56,763 nucleotides of DNA from an uncultured Candidatus Saccharibacteria bacterium (GTDB lineage: Bacteria; Patescibacteriota; Doudnabacteria; UBA920; VMFF01). Where the stretch lies: the NCBI GenBank assembly GCA_964364285.1, contig CAYIKZ010000004.1:1-56763 (forward strand), given 5' to 3'. Position numbers and translations under genes: made by a program. Shown here piece after piece: positions 1 to 10,021 of the stretch (within the stretch, counting starts at the first letter, position 1; the number at the start of each line of letters is the position of its first letter). The notes beneath the pieces are model-generated. The model ran no database searches. It saw only the letters and a list, made by a program, of their open reading frames with translations, and was not told the DNA's origin.

Positions 1-55
1 ACCACTGACCTTGGGCTTATGAGTCCCACGCTCTAACTAACTGAGCTACTCCGCC
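1..55 (-). tRNA. tRNA with CAT anticodon (Met/Ile2 class), 3' portion cut off by the window edge
   Basis: The reverse complement reads GGCGGAG-TA-GCTC..GAGC-G-TGGGA-CTCATAA-GCCCA. This gives the acceptor 5' strand, the D arm and an anticodon arm with CAT. The T arm lies outside the window. Confidence 0.8.
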
Positions 56-63
56 ATGTCTTT

Positions 64-85
64 AAAAAAATCCTCTGACAGAGGA
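64..85 (-). terminator. weak intrinsic terminator between the two tRNA(CAT) genes
   Basis: On the minus strand: TCCTC-TGTCA-GAGGA followed by TTTTTTT. The stem is only 5 bp. Confidence 0.4.
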
Positions 86-106
86 AATGATCTGTCACGA
101 TTATTT

Positions 107-182
107 TGGTTGCGGGGGTGGGACTCGAACCCACAACCTCAAGGTTATGAGCCTTGCGAGCTGCCAATTGCTCTACCCCGCT
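107..182 (-). tRNA. tRNA-Met (CAT), initiator-like
   Basis: Full 76-nt cloverleaf on the reverse complement: AGCGGGG-TA-GAGC-AATTGGCA-GCTC-G-CAAGG-CTCATAA-CCTTG-AGGTT-GTGGG-TTCGAGT-CCCAC-CCCCGCA-A-CCA. Positions 1:72 form an A:A mismatch and the 3' end CCCCGCAACCA matches bacterial tRNA-fMet. CCA is encoded. Confidence 0.9.
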
Positions 183-234
183 ATATATCTACTTGCGTAA
201 TTTAACATATTCTTAATCTTTTTTCAAGGGTTGT

Positions 235-268
235 AAAAAACAACACCTCCTAATTTTGGGAGGTGTTG
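235..268 (-). terminator. intrinsic terminator downstream of the 27-aa ORF
   Basis: 10-bp stem CAACACCTCC/GGAGGTGTTG (241-250/259-268) followed by a T6 run on the minus strand. Confidence 0.75.
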
Positions 269-305
269 TCTACTCCTTGCGGAGTATCGCTTGAGAAAGA
301 AGAAA

Positions 306-389
306 CTAGATTCTCTTCTTTGCAGTTCTCTTCTTAGCTTTGCGCTTTGGAGCTGCTTTCTTCTTTGCGACTTTTCTCTTCTTTGCCAT
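306..389 (-). CDS. unannotated 27-aa polybasic peptide MAKKRKVAKKKAAPKRKAKKRTAKKRI
   Basis: Translated by hand: ATG at 389, TAG at 308-306. A GGAG Shine-Dalgarno lies 8 nt upstream (GAGGAGAAAGCCGCAAATG) and a strong terminator follows. It is below the 60-aa cut-off of the ORF track. Confidence 0.55.
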   Translation of the reverse strand: MAKKRKVAKKKAAPKRKAKKRTAKKRI

Positions 390-563
390 TTGCGGCTTTC
401 TCCTCGAGTGCACTATATTTTGGTGCTCTCGATAATTATTTTTCTACATTCCAAGTAAACCTGGAAAGTAGTGTCGAAGGGAATAAATACGTTCCGTGCT
501 TCTGAGTTTTATGTTTGCTTTCGTTTCAATATGTTTTCTAGAATAATTTTAATGCTAAAACCG

Positions 564-1949
564 TTATTTGTCAAGAGATTTTCTAACTTTGTCAACAGAT
601 TTGATCGCAAGTGAATGCAAATATTTTTCCGCATCTCTTTTGTTCTTTAGAACCCCTTGAACTTGTCTCACTTTTATCTCTCGGATTACATTCCCAACGT
701 GTGGACCTGGCTTAATTTTCAAAACCTTTTGAATCATATCTCCAGAAATTAGATCTTGTTGCCAAGCTTGTCTTGCTTTCTTCCATTTATTAAACATTCT
801 CTTGTAAACATTAAAATCTTTCTTGATCACTCTCCCCTTTTCATCAGTTCTCACTGATGCTTTGCCATCTGCTAAATATAAACGTATTAAATCGCCAAAA
901 TCTTCATTTTGTGCCCATTTTACAAGCAGTTTAGTAGATACCTGCATTGAACGAGATATATCCATATGGTGCTTAATTAAGTACCCGATCTTTCTTTTTT
1001 CTTCTTTACTAAAAGGAAAATCCTTTGCTATTGATTCAAAAATCAAAGCACCAACGTCAGCATGACCAAAGAATGAAATATGTTGTCTTCCGTCTAGTAT
1101 TTTCCTTTCGCCGGTTGATACTTTGCCAATGTCATGGAATAGCAAAGCATAGCGCATTGCAAGATCAAAATCATCTGCAAATGTCATACAAAACATAGTG
1201 TGTTTAAACACATCACCCTCTGCATGGAAGTCTTTAGATTGCTTAACGCTCTTTAAGTTATCCACAGCTGGAAAGATTTCTTTTAACAAAAGAGTTTGAT
1301 CTAAGAGTTCTAATCCTCTTACAAAGCTCTTGTCAGACATTATTCGATCGAGTTCTCCCTTAATCCTTTGTCCTGATGTCTTATGAATCAACTTAGAATT
1401 CTTTTTAATGACTGATAAATCTCTTTTGTTGATGTTAAACCCAAGCTTAGATGCAAAACGAACAGCACGAAGCATTCTCAAAGGATCTTCTTTGATTCTT
1501 TTCAAGGCTGAACCAACAAACCGAACTTCTTTGTTCTTTAAATCTTTCAAACCACCATGCCAATCAAGGAACTCATGGGTTGCTGGATCGTAATATATTG
1601 AGTTGATTGTAAAATCACGACGCTTGGAGTCTTCTTCTGCTGAGGGTATGAATGAAACCTTGTTTGGTCGTCTGGAGTCAGAATACACGCCTTCTTTCCT
1701 AAATGTTGTAATCTCTATATTCCCTTTAGAACTTACAACACCAATAGTTCCAAACTTCTCCCCTGCTTCGTAAATTTTAAACCTTTGTCTATTCAAAACT
1801 TTTTTTGTTTCAAAAGGTTTAGCAGAAGTTGCAATATCAACATCATAACCAAAGATTCCTAAAAGCATGTCTCTGACAAAACCACCGACAATGTATGTTT
1901 CGTATCCTTGCTTTGAAAGCAAAGAGCAAATTTTTTCTGCTTGTTTCAT
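564..1949 (-). CDS. cca: CCA-adding enzyme / tRNA nucleotidyltransferase with C-terminal HD domain
   Basis: N-terminal GGFVRDMLLG..DVDIAT polymerase-beta motif, RRDFTIN, and an HD motif (LLFHDIGK). 461 aa. Confidence 0.9.
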   Translation of the reverse strand: MKQAEKICSLLSKQGYETYIVGGFVRDMLLGIFGYDVDIATSAKPFETKKVLNRQRFKIYEAGEKFGTIGVVSSKGNIEITTFRKEGVYSDSRRPNKVSFIPSAEEDSKRRDFTINSIYYDPATHEFLDWHGGLKDLKNKEVRFVGSALKRIKEDPLRMLRAVRFASKLGFNINKRDLSVIKKNSKLIHKTSGQRIKGELDRIMSDKSFVRGLELLDQTLLLKEIFPAVDNLKSVKQSKDFHAEGDVFKHTMFCMTFADDFDLAMRYALLFHDIGKVSTGERKILDGRQHISFFGHADVGALIFESIAKDFPFSKEEKRKIGYLIKHHMDISRSMQVSTKLLVKWAQNEDFGDLIRLYLADGKASVRTDEKGRVIKKDFNVYKRMFNKWKKARQAWQQDLISGDMIQKVLKIKPGPHVGNVIREIKVRQVQGVLKNKRDAEKYLHSLAIKSVDKVRKSLDK

Positions 1950-1965
1950 ATATCAACAGTATATC

Positions 1966-1991
1966 AAAAACCGCCACATTCGGGCGGTTTT
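1966..1991 (-). terminator. intrinsic (bidirectional-looking) terminator after atpC
   Basis: AAAACCGCC-acattcg-GGCGGTTTT hairpin 4 nt downstream of the atpC stop. Confidence 0.75.
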
Positions 1992-1994
1992 AAA

Positions 1995-2444
1995 TTATTG
2001 ATTAAAGATTCCTTCACTACTACCGTGATGACCACGGTGTGTTTTCTTTGCAACCTTAAGTCTAACCAAACTTCTTTGTAGTGCTGCTTCAGTTGCAGCA
2101 TATTCTTCTTTAGACAAAGTACTTGCTTGTTGCATTGCTTCTTCTGCGCGCTTCTTTGCTTGTTCTGCTCTTTCTGCATTAATCTCATCAGAACGCTCAG
2201 CTGTATCTGCTAGTATGACAATCTCGTTTCCTGGTCTGACTTCTATAAAGCCGCCGGAAACAGCAATGTGTTCTGTTTGATTATCATTTTTAGAAATGAG
2301 TTCTCCTGGCATTAAAGAAGCAATTAAAGGAATGTGGTTGGGCAACACAGTTATTTGCCCCATTTCAGTTGGACATGTCAAAGCATCCACTTCTTTTGAA
2401 AGGACGACTCTTTCCGGTGTAACTATTTGAAACTTAAGCTTCAT
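1995..2444 (-). CDS. atpC: F1 ATP synthase epsilon subunit
   Basis: Sits directly after atpD. The N-terminal beta-sandwich sequence (KFQIVTPERVV..) is typical of epsilon. Confidence 0.9.
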   Translation of the reverse strand: MKLKFQIVTPERVVLSKEVDALTCPTEMGQITVLPNHIPLIASLMPGELISKNDNQTEHIAVSGGFIEVRPGNEIVILADTAERSDEINAERAEQAKKRAEEAMQQASTLSKEEYAATEAALQRSLVRLKVAKKTHRGHHGSSEGIFNQ

Positions 2445-2446
2445 AA

Positions 2447-4014
<1,568 letters not shown>

Positions 4015-4015
4015 A

Positions 4016-4921
4016 TTATTCTAAAGCTATTCTTCCAGCTGTAATTTCAGACAGCTCTTTAGTAATATTTGCTTGTCTTAACTGATTGTATGCAAAGGTC
4101 AAATCATCAACCAATTCTGTTGCTGCATCAGTTGCGTTCTTCATCATAATCATACGAGCTGAATGTTCTGAAGCATCGCTTTCTAGAATTGCTTGGTATA
4201 TCTGGGATTCTAAAATTCTAGGAATCAAATGTTCCAAGACCTTGTCAGGAGTTGGTTCAAAAGTATATTCAAAATGCAATGACCTGCTTTTGTCATGTTC
4301 ATCAGCTGTTGTCATCGGAAGGTCTTTCTGATGTGTTGTATTCGTAAAAGGCAAAATCTGTTTTATGACCGGTTTTTGATTGATTGTTGAAACAAAGTGT
4401 GTATAAACTAAAACAATCTTTTCGTATTTCCCCGAAAGATATTCAGAAACAATCATTTCACTGATTGGTTCAATCTCTTTAATACCAACTGTTTTGTCGT
4501 GTTTAGGAAAATCAGCAATAATGCTTTGCTTTGTTCTTATTAGTATTTCTCTTCCCTTTTTACCAACAGAAACAAATTCCGCGATTAAATCATGAGCCTC
4601 AATGTATTTCTTTAAAACATTGTTTAAGTTTGCGTTAAAACCACCGATTAATCCTCGATTTGATGTAATTAAAATTATCCCTATTTTCTTTGGATCAATC
4701 TTAGATTCTGGTCTTTGCAAAAGCTTGTGATATTTAGGATCAATCTTTGAAGAAAGATTAGAAATTATCTGCCATGCTAAATCAGAATATGATCTGCTTG
4801 CAAGAGTTGCGACTTGTGCTTTACGCATTTTAGCTGCTGAAACCATTTGCATAGCACGAGTAATCTTTTTCGTACTCCTGATCGACTTTATTCTTCTTTT
4901 GATTTCTAATGTTCCTGCCAT
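4016..4921 (-). CDS. atpG: F1 ATP synthase gamma subunit
   Basis: N-terminal IKRRIKSIRSTKKITRAMQMVSAAKMRKAQ and C-terminal ITKELSEI..GA motifs. Confidence 0.95.
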   Translation of the reverse strand: MAGTLEIKRRIKSIRSTKKITRAMQMVSAAKMRKAQVATLASRSYSDLAWQIISNLSSKIDPKYHKLLQRPESKIDPKKIGIILITSNRGLIGGFNANLNNVLKKYIEAHDLIAEFVSVGKKGREILIRTKQSIIADFPKHDKTVGIKEIEPISEMIVSEYLSGKYEKIVLVYTHFVSTINQKPVIKQILPFTNTTHQKDLPMTTADEHDKSRSLHFEYTFEPTPDKVLEHLIPRILESQIYQAILESDASEHSARMIMMKNATDAATELVDDLTFAYNQLRQANITKELSEITAGRIALE

Positions 4922-4924
4922 GTT

Positions 4925-6421
4925 TTAAGCTTTGAAACCTTCTTTAAATTCTTTAATTGCTTTTACAATTGTTTCCTCAGTTTCTTCTGTCCAGTTACCA
5001 GAATTAATCTCATCTAAGACATAACTACCTTGAGTAGCCAAGAAGTTATGGAACTGTTCTTCAAACTGATGAACTTTTTCAACAGGAACATCGGAAAGAT
5101 GTCCATTAGTTACTGCGTAAATTATGGCAACCTGGTTAGCAATTGACATTGGTCTGTATTGACCCTGTTTCAAAACCTCTGCGGTTCTAGAACCAAGATC
5201 TAACTGTTTCTTTGTGGTTTCATCAAGATCAGAACCAAATTGTGCGAAAGCAGCTAATTCTCTGTACTGTGCCATTGTTAAACGAAGTTTGCCAGCAACT
5301 TTCTTCATCCCCTTGGTTTGCGCTGAAGAACCAACACGGGAAACAGAAATACCAACGTTAACAGCAGGACGTGTTCCTTGATAGAACAAGTCTGATTCAA
5401 GGAAGATTTGTCCGTCTGTAATGGAAATTACATTTGTAGGAATATATGCGGAAACATCTCCAGCCTGAGTTTCAATGATTGGAAGGGCTGTAATTGAACC
5501 ACCACCATACTCTTTGTTTCTTCTAGCAGCTCTTTCAAGTAAGCGAGAGTGCAAGTAGAAAACATCTCCAGGATATGCTTCGCGTCCTGGTGGACGTCTT
5601 AGCAACAAAGAGATTTCTCTGTAAGCAACAGCGTGTTTTGAAAGATCGTCATAGACAATCAAAACGTCTTTGCCTTGATCCATGAAATATTCAGCCATGG
5701 CAACACCAGAGTAAGGGGCAATATATGACATTGCAGCTTGTTCTGAAGCACCGGCTGAGACAACAATTGTATAATCCATAGCACCACGTTCTTGTAATTC
5801 TGCAACAATCTTTGCAACCTTAGATTCTTTCTGACTGATAGCAACGTAGATACAAATGACATCTTGTCCTTTTTGGTTGATGATTGTATCAATAGCAATT
5901 GCGGTTTTGCCAGTTTGACGATCTCCAATGATCAATTCTCTTTGTCCTCTTCCAATTGGAATCATGGAATCAATTGCCTTAATACCAGTTTGCAATGGAA
6001 CAGAAACTCCTTGTCTTGTTATAACACCGGGAGCAACTTTTTCAACATTGTAATATGTATCAGCTTTGATACTTGGTTTACCGTCTTTTGCCTCCCCTAA
6101 TGCAGAAACAACTCGTCCAATTAAATCAGCGCTTACAGGGACTGAAAGAATTTTACCTGTTGCTCTAACTGTTTGCCCTTGTTTAACCTTAGTTGCATCC
6201 CCGAAAATGATCGCACCAATTGAATTGTTTTCTAGGTTTAAAACAACGCCTGATATTCCGCCTTCAAACTCAAGCATTTCAGATGCTGCGACCTGTGAAA
6301 GTCCAGAAACACGTGCAATACCATCAGCAATTTCTAAAACAATGCCAACTTTTTCAACCTTGACCTCTGGACCAAAGTTGGAAATTTTTTCTTTAAGTTG
6401 TTGTATTACTTTATCGTTCAT
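4925..6421 (-). CDS. atpA: F1 ATP synthase alpha subunit
   Basis: Walker A GDRQTGKT plus alpha signature sequences. Confidence 0.98.
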   Translation of the reverse strand: MNDKVIQQLKEKISNFGPEVKVEKVGIVLEIADGIARVSGLSQVAASEMLEFEGGISGVVLNLENNSIGAIIFGDATKVKQGQTVRATGKILSVPVSADLIGRVVSALGEAKDGKPSIKADTYYNVEKVAPGVITRQGVSVPLQTGIKAIDSMIPIGRGQRELIIGDRQTGKTAIAIDTIINQKGQDVICIYVAISQKESKVAKIVAELQERGAMDYTIVVSAGASEQAAMSYIAPYSGVAMAEYFMDQGKDVLIVYDDLSKHAVAYREISLLLRRPPGREAYPGDVFYLHSRLLERAARRNKEYGGGSITALPIIETQAGDVSAYIPTNVISITDGQIFLESDLFYQGTRPAVNVGISVSRVGSSAQTKGMKKVAGKLRLTMAQYRELAAFAQFGSDLDETTKKQLDLGSRTAEVLKQGQYRPMSIANQVAIIYAVTNGHLSDVPVEKVHQFEEQFHNFLATQGSYVLDEINSGNWTEETEETIVKAIKEFKEGFKA

Positions 6422-6425
6422 ATTG

Positions 6426-6809
6426 TTATTTGCTAATTGCCTTTCTCAATTGTTTTAAGCTGTTCTTTATGGATCCGTCTATCAAAGTGTCATCTACTCT
6501 TACTACCACTCCACCGATTATATCTGCGTCAATCTTTTCTTTAACTTCTACTTTGTCTCCTACGATCTTGTTTAAGTGTTCTAAAATCTCTCTTGATCTG
6601 TGTGGTTGCGCTGTAGTTATCTCCACCTGCTTTATACCCTTTCCTTCTGCTTCTATTCTTTTGTATTGTTCCTCAATTTGATCGTAGAGTTTTAAATCAC
6701 CATTTTGAGAAAGTACAGCCACCAAGTTATCCAATATTTTTTCGTGATCCTCAGACTTACTTTCGTTTAACGCGTCATAGAGGGCCTGAGCGTATTGTTC
6801 TGCTTTCAT
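6426..6809 (-). CDS. atpH: F1 ATP synthase delta (OSCP) subunit, short form (127 aa)
   Basis: C-terminal [22 protein letters not shown] motif and its position between atpF and atpA. Confidence 0.8.
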   Translation of the reverse strand: MKAEQYAQALYDALNESKSEDHEKILDNLVAVLSQNGDLKLYDQIEEQYKRIEAEGKGIKQVEITTAQPHRSREILEHLNKIVGDKVEVKEKIDADIIGGVVVRVDDTLIDGSIKNSLKQLRKAISK

Positions 6810-6810
6810 A

Positions 6811-7365
6811 CTATCTCAGTCCTTTCAGACTCTCCTTTATTAATTCAACATCTCTTTTAGGATCAAGCTTTTCCCTTAAAATCTTTTCAGTAGCTGCGAC
6901 AATTAAAGTTGCTGCTTGTTCTCTTACTTCAACTAGAAGCTTTTCCTTTTCACTTGCTAATTCTTTTTTAGATTGTTCCAAAACCTTCTCAGCGCCTTTT
7001 TTAGCTTCTGCAATTATTTGTTCTTTATTCAACTCTGCTACTTTTTGGGCCTTTAATACAATTTCATTTGCTTCCCCTCTTATCTTTTTCATCTCAGCTT
7101 TGCGGTATTGTTCAACCTGTTTTAAGCGATCCTGTATTTCCTGTGATTCCTTAATAGACTTCTCAATCTTTGCAGTTCTTTGTTCTAGCTTTGTTCCCAA
7201 TGGTTTAAAAACCCATCTCCACAAAACTATCAATACAATTGCAAAGTTAAATAACTGGGCAATGAAAAGTTTCCAATCAAGACCAAACAAAGCAGTAACA
7301 CTGCTGTTTGTTGCTTCCGCAGCATGAGCCACAGGAATTAAAATTTGTAATATTTCGTTCATCAT
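6811..7365 (-). CDS. atpF: Fo ATP synthase b subunit
   Basis: One N-terminal TM segment followed by a long charged helix. I moved the start to the ATG at 7365 (MMNEILQ..) because the 247-aa track ORF would overlap atpE. Confidence 0.85.
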   Translation of the reverse strand: MMNEILQILIPVAHAAEATNSSVTALFGLDWKLFIAQLFNFAIVLIVLWRWVFKPLGTKLEQRTAKIEKSIKESQEIQDRLKQVEQYRKAEMKKIRGEANEIVLKAQKVAELNKEQIIAEAKKGAEKVLEQSKKELASEKEKLLVEVREQAATLIVAATEKILREKLDPKRDVELIKESLKGLR

Positions 7366-7423
7366 ATTGTTTTTAATGTATCCAAACCCCGGGCAACAAT
7401 AATGCGCCCAGAGTCTGTTTGCA

Positions 7424-7687
<264 letters not shown>

Positions 7688-7761
7688 TTAATCGTTGGTG
7701 AGTATTTAGTTAACTAATTCATTTTCTCTTTGCGACTTCAAAAAGAAAATGATCTAAGTAA

Positions 7762-8580
7762 CTAATGAACAGCTTTTTCTTTTACATGACCATGAACTGG
7801 CAATGTAGCAACTGTAATGTATGTTAAGACAAGCAATGAGAAAACTGTTGCCTGAATAAGGCCAACAAGAAGCTCTAAGGCCAAGAATGGCAATGGCACA
7901 ATGTACGCAACAATACTTGCCAACACTGTTAACAAAACCTCACCAGCAAAGATGTTTCCAAAAAGTCTTAAAGACAAAGAAACCATTTTTGCAGCCTCTG
8001 ATATTATCTCAAGAAAACCAACCATAAACTCAATGAAAACAGTAAAGATTGTCATTACTTTCTTGCTTTTGAAAGCATGCCAAACATCAGACAATTTAAT
8101 AAACTTGTTAAAGTACTTAAAGAAACCAATTGTAAACACCCCAATTATATGCGAAAGAACAACACCGCTAATTGCCATAGCTAGTGTTAAATTTAAATCA
8201 GTGTTTGCTGATCGGAACAAAGGGATAAATTCGAGTTCTCCGTGGACAACCTTATTAATACCAATAGAACCAATACCTGGTAATATACCAAGCCAGTTAG
8301 AAATTAAGATGAACAAGAACAAAGAACCAATTAAAGGAAGAAACTTTGATGACTTCTTTCTATCACCAGTAACTTGATCAAAATATCCAAGTAAAGTTTC
8401 GATTATACTTTCAAAAAAGTTCTGAATACCTCTTGGAACATCTTTAACACTTCTCTGAACAAAAAAACCAACGACAATGAACAAAAAAACTGTCAAAGTT
8501 GAATTGATGTATGTGTTGGTAACAGTAAAACTACCGATATTAAATATTGGTTCTGCCGCAAGCGGCGGTAATGCTAGCAT
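7762..8580 (-). CDS. atpB: Fo ATP synthase a subunit
   Basis: Polytopic membrane protein with the conserved LSLRLFGNIFAGE motif. Confidence 0.95.
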   Translation of the reverse strand: MLALPPLAAEPIFNIGSFTVTNTYINSTLTVFLFIVVGFFVQRSVKDVPRGIQNFFESIIETLLGYFDQVTGDRKKSSKFLPLIGSLFLFILISNWLGILPGIGSIGINKVVHGELEFIPLFRSANTDLNLTLAMAISGVVLSHIIGVFTIGFFKYFNKFIKLSDVWHAFKSKKVMTIFTVFIEFMVGFLEIISEAAKMVSLSLRLFGNIFAGEVLLTVLASIVAYIVPLPFLALELLVGLIQATVFSLLVLTYITVATLPVHGHVKEKAVH

Positions 8581-8864
8581 TATTTCTTCTCTGTATCCTT
8601 TCCTACAATCCTAGCTGCTTCTTTCAGCTTGTCTATGAATGCTTTAAATCTAGAGTACATCCAAAAACTAGTTAATATGATTGCCAGGGCAATTCCGATG
8701 TATATATAATAGCCGGTACCATACTTTGTATCCAGCCATTTACCACCTAATCCAAAAAGAACTATGGGTAGTGCAATGATGAAACCAAGCTCAAAAGCAA
8801 CGCTCATAACTCTTGCGCTTTCATAGCTGTAATTCCTATTCGGTTTTTTATCGGTTTCTGCCAT
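8580..8864 (-). CDS. AtpZ/AtpI-like small membrane protein at the head of the atp operon
   Basis: Two TM segments and a position immediately upstream of atpB, with a 1-nt overlap. Start set at the ATG at 8864 (MAETDKK..). Confidence 0.6.
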   Translation of the reverse strand: MAETDKKPNRNYSYESARVMSVAFELGFIIALPIVLFGLGGKWLDTKYGTGYYIYIGIALAIILTSFWMYSRFKAFIDKLKEAARIVGKDTEKK

Positions 8865-8974
8865 ATGGTCTAAAATTGACGAAAATAGTTTAACAGAAAA
8901 ACACGGTTTCCGCAAGACTGCCATTTTTCAGAGAAGACCAAGGGCAAAAAAGCCAACAAACGAGCTTTTTTGTA

Positions 8975-9489
8975 TAAAAGCAAAGAGGAGTCAGGTGGTA
9001 CTGGCTCCTCTGTCTTGCTTGCGCTGTTCGGCACCCTAGCATCGCTCCGGATGCGTTATACCCTCGCGTGGGTGTCTAATCCAGGCAATTGGACCATCGG
9101 TCTAAGCCGACAATCAGACGGGCAGGGTAGCACACTTCTCGCCAGACCCTGTTTTAGAACCATAACAGCAGGCATAAGGCAGGCTGAAACGCGAGATCAC
9201 TCTCGTCGCTCATACTGCTCCTACCTTCTTCCCCTCCTTTTTCTTATGCAAACGAAAACCACAAGGAAGTTCGCCCCTCTAGTAAAAACCGACGAACAAT
9301 GGAGCCACAGAGGCTCACCAACCCTCACCGGGTCTTTACGCCACCGCCCGAACTCACGGACGGGAGTGGACACCATGGTGATTCGACTAGGTGGATGTTC
9401 GTCTACATCCCCTAACCGGGTGAGGTCATTGCCTAGAGGCCCTCCTACGAGAACCTACAGACCGCGCGGCGCGTATCGCACCTAGCGGT
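8975..9489 (-). ncRNA. candidate large (~515 nt) structured RNA of unassigned class
   Basis: G+C-rich: 58% and 65% in the two 60-nt windows I counted. No minus-strand ORF of 60 aa or more. An extended -10 TGCTATCAT lies at 9496-9504. There are many helices, several with G-U pairs or a GNRA loop only in the minus sense. The segment ends in a terminal hairpin AGAGGAG/CUCCUCU plus U tract (8971-9011). The ends are approximate. Confidence 0.5.
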
Positions 9490-9519
9490 GAAAATATGAT
9501 AGCACAAATGGATATATAT

Positions 9520-9543
9520 AAACAAAAACCGTCTTCACGGTTT
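9520..9543 (-). terminator. intrinsic terminator after tRNA-Thr
   Basis: On the minus strand: AAACCG-TGAAGA-CGGTTT followed by TTTGTTT, beginning 8 nt after the tRNA 3' end. Confidence 0.7.
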
Positions 9544-9550
9544 CTATTAC

Positions 9551-9626
9551 TGGAGCCGGCTGTCGGACTTGAACCGACCACCTGCGGTTTACGATACCGC
9601 TGCTCTACCAGATGAGCTAAGCCGGC
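9551..9626 (-). tRNA. tRNA-Thr (CGT)
   Basis: Reverse complement: GCCGGCT-TA-GCTC-ATCTGGTA-GAGC-A-GCGGT-ATCGTAA-ACCGC-AGGTG-GTCGG-TTCAAGT-CCGAC-AGCCGGC-T-CCA. Confidence 0.95.
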
Positions 9627-10020
9627 AATACTGCTCGGGCGCGCATTGTTTAACTAACCAATGCGAGCCCGTCTTGCTACCACCCGAAGGAACTCAGACG
9701 CTTGGGCGAAGGATCAACTGGACGGAACCGCCGCTGGTACACCCTCTCAGCGCGAACATGGTTCACATCCAGGCCTTTTGCCTCCTTCCCAGGCTTTGGC
9801 ACATGGGCCGCGCATTTCACTCGCCACATGAAATTGGAGAAGAACAGAACTCCACCGACCCAAACCATGCCCTCTCCAGGATGCATGCGCTGCGCTGCCT
9901 TCAGGATGGACTTACGCCGCGCAATGTGCTTCTTGTCGATGTTCCGCTCGGGCTTCTTCGTGTAATACACTGCTATCCCCTTGTCCGTGTGGTCAACCTG
10001 AATCCTGCGATTGATGATGG
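9627..10020 (-). other. G+C-rich ~390-nt segment transcribed toward tRNA-Thr; holds a GTG-initiated 97-codon basic ORF (9677-9970) of foreign composition. Gene, pseudogene or RNA is unresolved.
   Basis: 60% G+C in the 9721-9780 sample. An AAGGGG Shine-Dalgarno sits 6 nt before the GTG at 9970. Third codon positions are G/C-rich in that frame. A 12-bp hairpin with one mismatch (9636-9671) abuts the tRNA 5' end. I recognised no family. Confidence 0.35.
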
Positions 10021-10021
10021 T

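Noticed and set aside
8970-9485. 171-aa plus-strand ORF covering the G+C-rich segment
   Set aside because: The TTG start has no SD. The product is R/S/T/P/G-rich with no motif or hydrophobic core pattern, and third positions are not G/C-skewed. It runs opposite to all neighbours. The open frame is more simply explained by the G+C-rich, stop-poor composition of an RNA-like segment. It still deserves a blastx check.
8975-9489. Assignment of the structured segment to RNase P RNA, tmRNA, SRP RNA or a group II intron
   Set aside because: I searched both strands by eye and found none of these: GGAAAGUCC with ACAGAA.CCGGCUUA (only a loose GUCGGCUUAGACCGAU), a GGGG..UUCGAC 5' end with a T-arm/CCA 3' end and a plausible tag ORF, the GGAAGCAGCC motif, or a domain V hairpin. 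A GUGCG occurs near the 5' end but nothing else is intron-like. A covariance-model search is needed for a firm negative.
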